11,010 nt of DNA from a virus (taxonomy: Duplodnaviria > Heunggongvirae > Uroviricota > Caudoviricetes): positions 64,001 to 75,010 of the IMG/VR virus record IMGVR_UViG_3300010356_001624; one strand, 5' to 3'. Below the pieces are notes generated by a model that worked only from the letters and a program-made list of their open reading frames with translations, was not told the DNA's origin and ran no database searches. The first letter of the stretch is position 1; each line of letters begins with the position of its first letter. The translations under genes were made by a program, and so were the position numbers. Positions 1 through 7,017 of the stretch are shown in pieces.

Positions 1-2
1 AT

Positions 3-59
3 AAACCAGCCTTTGATTTATTAATAGATGATAAGGCAATAAAAATTGATGAATTATGA
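3..59 (+). CDS. 3' end (partial) of a small HAD-superfamily phosphatase-like protein
   Basis: Not in the ORF track. The frame from nt 3 reads KPAFDLLIDDKAIKIDEL*, resembling the C-terminal K-P-x-x-D-x-x-I-D-D-K-A motif of small HAD phosphatases in polysaccharide loci. Its TGA (57-59) overlaps the next ATG (ATGA coupling). Only 18 residues are visible. Confidence 0.6.
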   Translation, partial: KPAFDLLIDDKAIKIDEL

Positions 60-481
60 GAGTTTGGGTAAATGGTTGTTTTGATATTCTTCATAGTGGT
101 CATATTGATTTATTGTGGTTTGCAAAAAGATATGGTGTTACTAAAAAGAAACAAAATAAATTAAATAAACTATTTGTTGGTTTAGATAGTGATGAACGTA
201 TAAAAGAATTAAAAGGGGATAATCGTCCAATAAATGATTTAGAAACAAGAGTTAAAATAATGTCAAGTTTAAATATGGTTGATGTTGTTGCTATATTTAA
301 TACGGATGATGAATTAAAAAATTATATAAAGAACTTAAAAATTGATTGTATGGTTGTTGGTGATGAATATAAAAATAAAACAGTTATTGGTTCTGAGTAT
401 TCAAAATATGGTGTTGTTTATTATCCAAAAACAAACGGAAAATCAACAACCGATATTATTAATAAAATAAAGAAATTATGA
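56..481 (+). CDS. rfaE2: Cytidylyltransferase-family nucleotidyltransferase, RfaE2/HldE C-terminal-like (heptose 1-phosphate adenylyltransferase)
   Basis: N-terminal VWVNGCFDILHSGH (HxGH), GLDSDERIKELKGDNRPIN and C-terminal GKSTTDII motifs. Coupled by ATGA overlap to the hldD gene downstream. Substrate inferred from motifs and context. Confidence 0.8.
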   Translation: MRVWVNGCFDILHSGHIDLLWFAKRYGVTKKKQNKLNKLFVGLDSDERIKELKGDNRPINDLETRVKIMSSLNMVDVVAIFNTDDELKNYIKNLKIDCMVVGDEYKNKTVIGSEYSKYGVVYYPKTNGKSTTDIINKIKKL

Positions 482-1392
482 TTGTAATTACTGGTGGTGA
501 TGGTTTTATTGGTAGAAATTTAGTGTTTGAATTTTCTATAACGAATAATAAATTACCAATTAAAATTCTTGATACTAAAAGAGAAAGTTTAAATGATATT
601 TATATTTGGTTAACAAATAATGCTAGTAGTATTAAAACTATTATTCATTTGGGTGCAATTACAGATACTACATTAGAAAATAGTGAACTTTTTTATGAAT
701 ATAATTTAGGTATGTCTATGTTTATTTGGAAACTATGTTCTAAATATGATATAACATTAATTTATGCTAGTTCTGCTGCAACGTATGGTGATGGTAGTTA
801 TGGTTTTGATGATAAATCGGATATTTGGAAATTAAAACCATTGAATTTATATGGTTGGTCAAAACATAATTTTGATTTATGGTCACAATTAGAACATAAA
901 TCACCTAAGAATTGGTATGGTTTGAAGTTTTTTAATGTGTATGGTAAATTTGAAGAATATAAACTTAGAATGTCTTCAATGATATATCAAATATATAATC
1001 AAATTATTGATAATGGGTATGTAAAATTATTTAAATCAAACACATTTAATATTTTGGATGGTGAACAGAAAAGAGATTTTATTCATATTGATGATGTTGT
1101 AAATGTTATAATATTTTTAATAAATAGATTACCAAAATCAGGTATTTATAATGTTGGAACAGGAATTGCAAGGTCGTTTAATGATATTGCTAATATTATT
1201 TTTCACAATTTAGGAATACCACCTAATATTAAGTATATTGATATTCCAGATAGTATATCAGATAAATATCAAAATTTTACAGAAGCAAAAATTGATAAAT
1301 TAAAAGAAATTGGTTATTCTATTAAATTTAAGAGTTTAGAATATGGAATTAGTGAATATTTAAAATATTTAAATTATTTAAAAAAATGGTAA
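478..1392 (+). CDS. hldD: ADP-L-glycero-D-manno-heptose 6-epimerase (extended SDR)
   Basis: TGGDGFIG (GxxGxxG), HLGAITDTT, YASSAATYG, catalytic YGWSK (YxxxK), LKFFNVYG-x-x-E-x-x-K-x-x-M and GEQKRDFIHIDD motifs, as in HldD/RfaD. Adjacent to an RfaE2-like gene. Confidence 0.88.
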   Translation: MIVITGGDGFIGRNLVFEFSITNNKLPIKILDTKRESLNDIYIWLTNNASSIKTIIHLGAITDTTLENSELFYEYNLGMSMFIWKLCSKYDITLIYASSAATYGDGSYGFDDKSDIWKLKPLNLYGWSKHNFDLWSQLEHKSPKNWYGLKFFNVYGKFEEYKLRMSSMIYQIYNQIIDNGYVKLFKSNTFNILDGEQKRDFIHIDDVVNVIIFLINRLPKSGIYNVGTGIARSFNDIANIIFHNLGIPPNIKYIDIPDSISDKYQNFTEAKIDKLKEIGYSIKFKSLEYGISEYLKYLNYLKKW

Positions 1393-2027
1393 AGATTGGT
1401 AATATTATTTATGAAGATGAATTGGTAAATCATATTATGGTTGATTATGTTAACTACATAAAAGAACCAATTGAATATTCAATTATTGATAAATCTTTAC
1501 CAACATTATACGTTGGATGGAATTTTATGAAATCAACAAATCAAGATAATGAAATTATACAAAATGCCGATATTCTAAAAAAGAAAATAATAACCAATGA
1601 ACTGTATTGGGAATTTTCTTTTAATGAGAATAAATCATCACACATTAAAGGTATTGAGAAATTTATAAATTTATTACCAGAATTTTATTTTTCACCAAAA
1701 TATATGTATGTTGATTTAGACCCTGTTTTTTTCCATTTAAGAAATGTTGAAGATTTAATGGATGTATTACCAAAAACAATAGATTTGTTTTATCAGTATA
1801 AAGATGAAATAATTTATGTATTATTTGATAATAAAATATGGGGTATTAATTTAAATATTTATAAGTTTTTTCAATTTGATGTTGAATTATTAAATACTTC
1901 TATTTCTAATAGATGTTATAAGTATGGTTATTATGATGTTGATGGTGAAATTTATAATAAATATAAAAAACTACTTCCTGATTTTACCAAATTAAAAAGA
2001 TATATAGTTACAATATTATCAAAATGA
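1386..2027 (+). CDS. Hypothetical protein (213 aa)
   Basis: Long ORF overlapping the hldD stop by 7 nt. No catalytic motif recognised. Confidence 0.8.
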   Translation: MVKIGNIIYEDELVNHIMVDYVNYIKEPIEYSIIDKSLPTLYVGWNFMKSTNQDNEIIQNADILKKKIITNELYWEFSFNENKSSHIKGIEKFINLLPEFYFSPKYMYVDLDPVFFHLRNVEDLMDVLPKTIDLFYQYKDEIIYVLFDNKIWGINLNIYKFFQFDVELLNTSISNRCYKYGYYDVDGEIYNKYKKLLPDFTKLKRYIVTILSK

Positions 2028-2038
2028 ATGTTAAGTAG

Positions 2039-2046
2039 TATTTATA
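2039..2046 (+). promoter_or_regulatory. TATTTATA motif, candidate phage late promoter element
   Basis: Intergenic, 20 nt before ATG 2067. An identical motif lies 19 nt before ATG 5586. The 8-mer is common in AT-rich DNA, so support is positional only. Confidence 0.45.
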
Positions 2047-2066
2047 ATAAATAAATTATAAATGCT

Positions 2067-2243
2067 ATGGAAAATAAAATTGATAAAGTAATTGACGATT
2101 TTATTGATAATGAAAATCAAGAAACCCAAAATAAAGAATTTAATAAAAGGGTTATAAAAAAAAGTGATAATTCTATTATTGAACGTCTTGATAAAATCAT
2201 TATTGCAGAAAATGGTAAACAATTACTAAGAGAGGTTTATTAA
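2067..2243 (+). CDS. Small hypothetical protein (58 aa), missed by the ORF track
   Basis: MENKIDKVIDDFIDNENQETQNKEFNKRVIKKSDNSIIERLDKIIIAENGKQLLREVY*. It fills the 2028-2253 gap on the coding strand, follows the TATTTATA motif, and ends 10 nt before the next ATG. Confidence 0.75.
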   Translation: MENKIDKVIDDFIDNENQETQNKEFNKRVIKKSDNSIIERLDKIIIAENGKQLLREVY

Positions 2244-2253
2244 TAACATTCAT

Positions 2254-2958
2254 ATGAAAAAAAATATTAGTTTAAATCCAATAGATAAGCATTTGGATAG
2301 AATAAAATATGTTGTAGATTATAAAATTAACGAATCTGCTAGATATATACCAATTAGTAATTTAGATGAATTTGACGAAATTCCAAATACTAATGAAGCG
2401 GATGATGTTGTAAATGATGATAATTTAGAAAAAAAACCAAAAATTAATAATCCTGAAAAACAAGAGGATGATACTGGTGGAGTTCCAGCAGAAACGCCAA
2501 TACCTTCATTTGATGCAGAAAATCCCAATGAAAATCCAAATAATGAATTAAATAATGAACCTGTAAATGAACCTCAAGAAAATGTTGATAATATTCAAAA
2601 TGATATTATTAGACATAATATTGAAGCCATGAAAACTATTCATAGTGAATTGGAAAATCTTAACAATATGGTTCAATCGTTAAATTCAAAATTGGATGTT
2701 TTAAATTCTGATGTGGAAGAAGTTCGTGAACCATCAACCGTTGAAAAATTAACATCAAGAAAAAATGTTAGTTATCCATATTATTTTAATTTAAACGATA
2801 TGTGGAGTAATAATTGGTTTAATAATAAATATAATACTGGTGATAATATGGAAAATGGTGTTAGAGAATTACCTGATGGTACTTTTATTGCAGATTTTGA
2901 TGATTTACCACAAAAATCAAGAATTGATATAAAAAATAGTTTTACTGAAATTGATTAG
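2254..2958 (+). CDS. Acidic coiled-coil protein, candidate prohead core/scaffold or internal head protein
   Basis: N-terminal leader ending INE (aa 25-27), N/E/P-rich low-complexity linker, and a 4-3 hydrophobic heptad at I129, L133, L136, V140, L143, L147, L150, V154, V157. The ORF is secure; the function is inferred. Confidence 0.55.
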   Translation: MKKNISLNPIDKHLDRIKYVVDYKINESARYIPISNLDEFDEIPNTNEADDVVNDDNLEKKPKINNPEKQEDDTGGVPAETPIPSFDAENPNENPNNELNNEPVNEPQENVDNIQNDIIRHNIEAMKTIHSELENLNNMVQSLNSKLDVLNSDVEEVREPSTVEKLTSRKNVSYPYYFNLNDMWSNNWFNNKYNTGDNMENGVRELPDGTFIADFDDLPQKSRIDIKNSFTEID

Positions 2959-2960
2959 TG

Positions 2961-3407
2961 ATGGTGTTAAAAGGAAATCAACATAGTAAAGAAAGATTTT
3001 TTGATTTATTTAAAAAAGTTAATTATATTAATGAATCTAAATTATCACCAGAAAAAAAAATGAAAATCCTTAATGATTTTGTGAATTTTGTTGGAAATAA
3101 ATTGGATATTATGGATAATTTACCAAATATAAAAATATCTAATGATGATTTTGCAGCAAAAAAAATGAAATCATTTGGTAAATATACACCAGATTTAAAA
3201 GAAATTGTTGTTGTAATGGTAAATAGAAATTTGGCAGATGTTTTAAGAACATTAGCACATGAAATAGTCCATCATAAACAGAATTTAGAAAATAAATTAG
3301 ATGTTAATTCAAATGATGATGGTAGTGATATTGAAAATGAAGCCAATGCATTAGCAGCAGTTTTTATGAGAGAATATGGTAAAAATAATCCTATAATATT
3401 TGAATAA
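2961..3407 (+). CDS. Zinc metallopeptidase, ImmA/IrrE-like gluzincin signature, with N-terminal leader
   Basis: RTLAHEIVH (HExxH at aa 100-104, nt 3258-3272) followed by IENEANALAA (third-ligand motif). Start placed at ATG 2961 rather than GTG 2958 because the N-terminus then aligns without gaps to the next protein from Met1. Confidence 0.75.
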   Translation: MVLKGNQHSKERFFDLFKKVNYINESKLSPEKKMKILNDFVNFVGNKLDIMDNLPNIKISNDDFAAKKMKSFGKYTPDLKEIVVVMVNRNLADVLRTLAHEIVHHKQNLENKLDVNSNDDGSDIENEANALAAVFMREYGKNNPIIFE

Positions 3408-3409
3408 TT

Positions 3410-5485
3410 ATGAGAGTTTTTAGTCCAATTGGTAGTAAAGAAAGATTATTTGAAATGCTTCAAAGAGTAAATAAAATTACTTTAAATGAGGAAAATATAA
3501 TAAATAATCCAATAGAAAATTTAAAAATAGTATTCAATCAACTACTTAATGATGAAATTGAAATTAAAAGAATAACAAATGATATTGAATCAAATGAATG
3601 TTATACAACAATTGATTGTTTAGGTGAAAATAATAGAGAAATTAATTTTGTTTTCAAAAGTGAATTTATTGAAAGGGAAACTGATGGTGTAATTGAAATT
3701 GAAGATTCAAAATTAATTAATTTTTTTATGGGCAATGATGGTGATTCATTAAACATTGATGAAAACACACTAAAAGAATTTAATGATGATTATAATACAG
3801 AAATTATTGATTTTATTTCTAATTATATTAATTTTGAAGATGATATGAAATCAAAGGTTGATGATTTGGATGAAGTTATTAAATTAATTGATAATATTCC
3901 ATATAAAAGAAGTACAGAAGAATTACAAAATCATAAATCCTATGTTGATGAAAAACCAACAAATCCGAATCTTAGAGTAAACTCACCCGAATTAAATTCA
4001 TATGTTACTGAAAATAATGATGATTTTGATGATGATTTTAATTATGATGATTTAGATGATGAAGATTTGGATGATGGATTAGATTATGATGATAATTTTG
4101 GAAATAATTTAAATAATGATATTGATTTTGATGATGATTCCAATTTAGTAAATAAATATAGTGATAAGGATGCAATGAAGTATAAAGATTTAGAAAATGA
4201 TTATGATGATGAAAACATATCTAATTTAGATTATGAAAATATGGAAAGTTCATCAGAAGATGATGAATTATATAATAAAGCATTTGATAATTTAATGATG
4301 AAAAATAAAACACAAAAAAATCCAAATTATTTTCCGTCAAAATCTGAAGTTGAAAGAGAAGTAAATAGAATTTCTAATTTAAATAAAGAACCCGAAAAAA
4401 GAAAAAAAGGAATGAGAATGGCTAAAAATAAAACACGTGTATATCCATCATGGGCTGATAATTATTTAAGTGAAAATAAATTAAAAAACACAAATGTTGA
4501 TTATATTGAATGGAAGTATTTTAATTCAACTAGTGATGAATTTAAAACGTTTTTAATAAAAAGAGCAGATAATATAATCACTAATAAATATGGTATTAAT
4601 AAATTCAAAATACCAAAAGAAAAATATCATAATTTGATAAGAGATTTAGTCGTTGTATTATTTAAAGAACATATAAGAAGTATGAATGAATCTGAAGATG
4701 ATGTCATTAAGAATGCTGAAGATAATGAAAATCTTAATATTGGTGATGTTGTTGAAGTAAATGGAATAGAAGGTACATTTCAAATAGGTGTTTTAGCAAG
4801 AGAAGGTAAACCTTTTATAATGCCTTTTGATATGAATACAAAAAAACCATATACAAGATTTAGAATATATCTATTTTCATTGAAAGATACTAACATGAAA
4901 AGAATTATGAGGTTTTCAGAAACTGATGGTGGTTTTATTATTGAATCAGAAGAAGAAATTGAAACAACTGAAAAAAATAATTTAGATATTGAAAATCTTG
5001 CAAAAAAAAGGGATGAAATCGGTGACCAAATTGAAGGTGGTCTTGGTGATGATAAGTCACCATTGGAATTTGACCCAGAACAAATTAAATTGGGAATGAA
5101 GGTTGAAATGGAACATACTAATGACCCTATGATTGCATTGGAAATAGCATTAGACCATTTAACTGAAGACCCTAAATATTATACTGTTAAAGAAGACCCA
5201 GAAATAAGCGCACAATTTAATGCAAGTAAGGAAGCAAGTGAATATGATAATGAAAAGGAATTGGTAGATGAATTGTTGGGTTATAAGCCAATAAATGTTG
5301 GTGATTTAACTGAAGAAATTGTTGGTTCTGATAATGCAAAATCGGTTGTGGGTGGTCAAAGTTCTGATAATAATGATGATGAAATAAAAAAATATCAGGA
5401 ATATGAAAAGAAAGATTTTAATAGTTTAAGGGATGATGAAAAAGAAGAATTTTTTGAATTATGGAAAAAATATAGAGAAAAATAA
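3410..5485 (+). CDS. Large modular acidic protein (691 aa), candidate processed virion/internal head protein, with a DUF5661-like domain near the C-terminus
   Basis: Leader homologous to that of the peptidase, D-rich linker (aa ~202-285), basic patch (aa ~326-343), and an SH3/KOW-like segment LNIGDVVEVNGIEG (aa 442-455). The motif QIKLGMKVEMEHTNDPMIALEIALDHLTEDPKYYT (aa 558-592) is one I recognise as DUF5661-like from memory. Confidence 0.6.
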   Translation: MRVFSPIGSKERLFEMLQRVNKITLNEENIINNPIENLKIVFNQLLNDEIEIKRITNDIESNECYTTIDCLGENNREINFVFKSEFIERETDGVIEIEDSKLINFFMGNDGDSLNIDENTLKEFNDDYNTEIIDFISNYINFEDDMKSKVDDLDEVIKLIDNIPYKRSTEELQNHKSYVDEKPTNPNLRVNSPELNSYVTENNDDFDDDFNYDDLDDEDLDDGLDYDDNFGNNLNNDIDFDDDSNLVNKYSDKDAMKYKDLENDYDDENISNLDYENMESSSEDDELYNKAFDNLMMKNKTQKNPNYFPSKSEVEREVNRISNLNKEPEKRKKGMRMAKNKTRVYPSWADNYLSENKLKNTNVDYIEWKYFNSTSDEFKTFLIKRADNIITNKYGINKFKIPKEKYHNLIRDLVVVLFKEHIRSMNESEDDVIKNAEDNENLNIGDVVEVNGIEGTFQIGVLAREGKPFIMPFDMNTKKPYTRFRIYLFSLKDTNMKRIMRFSETDGGFIIESEEEIETTEKNNLDIENLAKKRDEIGDQIEGGLGDDKSPLEFDPEQIKLGMKVEMEHTNDPMIALEIALDHLTEDPKYYTVKEDPEISAQFNASKEASEYDNEKELVDELLGYKPINVGDLTEEIVGSDNAKSVVGGQSSDNNDDEIKKYQEYEKKDFNSLRDDEKEEFFELWKKYREK

Positions 5486-5508
5486 ATTTAAATAATATTT
5501 CTTTTTTG

Positions 5509-5538
5509 AAAAAGGACTACTTATTGTAGTCTTTTTTT
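5509..5538 (+). terminator. Intrinsic terminator
   Basis: Stem GACTAC (5515-5520), loop TTATT, GTAGTC (5526-5531), then 7 T (5532-5538). An upstream A-tract extends the stem. Located 24 nt after the stop at 5485. Confidence 0.8.
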
Positions 5539-5558
5539 GTTGTTGTTGAAAATATTAC

Positions 5559-5566
5559 TATTTATA
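5559..5566 (+). promoter_or_regulatory. TATTTATA motif, candidate phage late promoter element
   Basis: Lies between the terminator at 5509-5538 and ATG 5586 (19-nt spacer), where re-initiation would be needed. Same motif and similar spacing as at 2039. Confidence 0.5.
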
Positions 5567-5585
5567 TTAGAATAAATTTATCATT

Positions 5586-7001
5586 ATGAGTAGAATTAGA
5601 AGTTATTTTAAAAAGTCAAATACTTTAATAACAAATAATACAACAAATAATTCTCAAAATCCTGTTACCGAAATATCATATGGTACTTATGATGGTTGTG
5701 TTAGTAGATATATTTTTGATATTGATTTTTCTTTATTAAGAAAAAGAATAGAAAGGGGTATTATTATTCAAAACAATATTAAAAAACATATTTTACACAT
5801 GACAAATACAATTGGTAGGGATTTAAAATATGTTGGAAAAAAATCATATTCGGAAATGATTGAAAGAGCAAGTAGTTTTGAATTGGAAGTTTTTAATCTT
5901 TCTGAAGATTGGGATGAAGGAAATGGTTATGATTTATTATATGATGATACATTTGCTGATAAATCATCAAAACATGCATCCAATTGGTTTAATAGAAAAA
6001 CAAATTTATTTTGGAATGTAGATGGTGTTTATTCAACTGGTAATACTGAAATTATTGGAAATCAAAGATTTGAAAAGGGTAATGAAAATATTGAAATTGA
6101 TATTACTGATTATGTAAACCAAAGATTATTTGAAAATGAATATAGTGGTAATACTGTTTTTAGTGGTGATTCTTTTGGTTTAGGGATTAAGTTTTTAGAC
6201 TTATATGAATCTTTGGAAACAGATTTTAGACATGCAGTTGCTTTTCATACAAATAAAACAAACACGTGGTATGAACCGTATGTTGAAACAATTTATGATG
6301 ATATCATATTAGATGATAGAAATTATTTTTATTTAGATAAAAAAAATAGATTATATTTATATACAAATTCTATTAGTATTTTAAATAATAATGAAATTAT
6401 TGTTAATCATGTAAATATATATGATAATAATAATAATTTTATTGAAACCATTAGTGGTGATTCAATTACGAATGTTGGTAATGGAATTTATTTTGTTGAA
6501 TATAAAATAAATTCAAATGAATATCCTGATAGTGTTTTATTTGTAGATGAATGGAATTTAACAATGAATGGAGTTGAAAGTAATTATTATAGTAAATTTT
6601 ATTTGATATCACCAGAAAAATATTTTATAATTAATGAAGAATCACAACTAAATTTAGAAAATTATCATTTTAATTTTTGGGGAATTAAAGAATCTGAACA
6701 AATAAAATCTGGTGATATAAGGAAAATAAAAATATCGGTTAAAGAATTGTATACAAACCAAAACAATTTTATTCCATTAAATATTGAATATAGAGTATAT
6801 ATAAAAATTAGTGATGGATATGAAATTGATGTAATACCATTTACTAGTGTAAATAGAACCAAATTTGGATATTATTTTAATTTAGATACATCGTGGTTAA
6901 TACCACAAGTTTATTATATTCAAATTAAGTTAAAATCGGGCGAATATTTTGATATAAAACAACCATTATCGTTTGAAATAGTAAATGATGGATTTTTTTA
7001 A
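5586..7001 (+). CDS. Probable virion structural protein (471 aa, beta-rich; N-terminal DNRLRE/CBM96-like region, C-terminal Ig-like regions)
   Basis: SRYIFDID, FELEVFNLSEDWDEGNG and ASNWFNRKTNLFW segments resemble DNRLRE-type beta-sandwich domains. The C-terminal half has an aromatic-rich alternating-strand pattern. Fold and role are inferred. Confidence 0.45.
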   Translation: MSRIRSYFKKSNTLITNNTTNNSQNPVTEISYGTYDGCVSRYIFDIDFSLLRKRIERGIIIQNNIKKHILHMTNTIGRDLKYVGKKSYSEMIERASSFELEVFNLSEDWDEGNGYDLLYDDTFADKSSKHASNWFNRKTNLFWNVDGVYSTGNTEIIGNQRFEKGNENIEIDITDYVNQRLFENEYSGNTVFSGDSFGLGIKFLDLYESLETDFRHAVAFHTNKTNTWYEPYVETIYDDIILDDRNYFYLDKKNRLYLYTNSISILNNNEIIVNHVNIYDNNNNFIETISGDSITNVGNGIYFVEYKINSNEYPDSVLFVDEWNLTMNGVESNYYSKFYLISPEKYFIINEESQLNLENYHFNFWGIKESEQIKSGDIRKIKISVKELYTNQNNFIPLNIEYRVYIKISDGYEIDVIPFTSVNRTKFGYYFNLDTSWLIPQVYYIQIKLKSGEYFDIKQPLSFEIVNDGFF

Positions 7002-7017
7002 TTATTAGTTGAATTTA

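Noticed and set aside
1-2027. Reading the window as a bacterial chromosomal LPS locus
   Set aside because: No transporter, transferase or housekeeping neighbours are present, and the sugar genes run directly into phage-type late and replication genes with uniform composition.
4013-4145. GAT-rich quasi-repeats here and at about 8220-8350
   Set aside because: Explained by Asp-rich coding sequence. There is no fixed repeat-spacer period, so this is not CRISPR or a tandem array.
1143-6361. Intragenic TATTTATA copies at 1143, 1856 and 6354 as promoters
   Set aside because: They are not at the 19-20-nt spacing from any start and are expected by chance in DNA this AT-rich.
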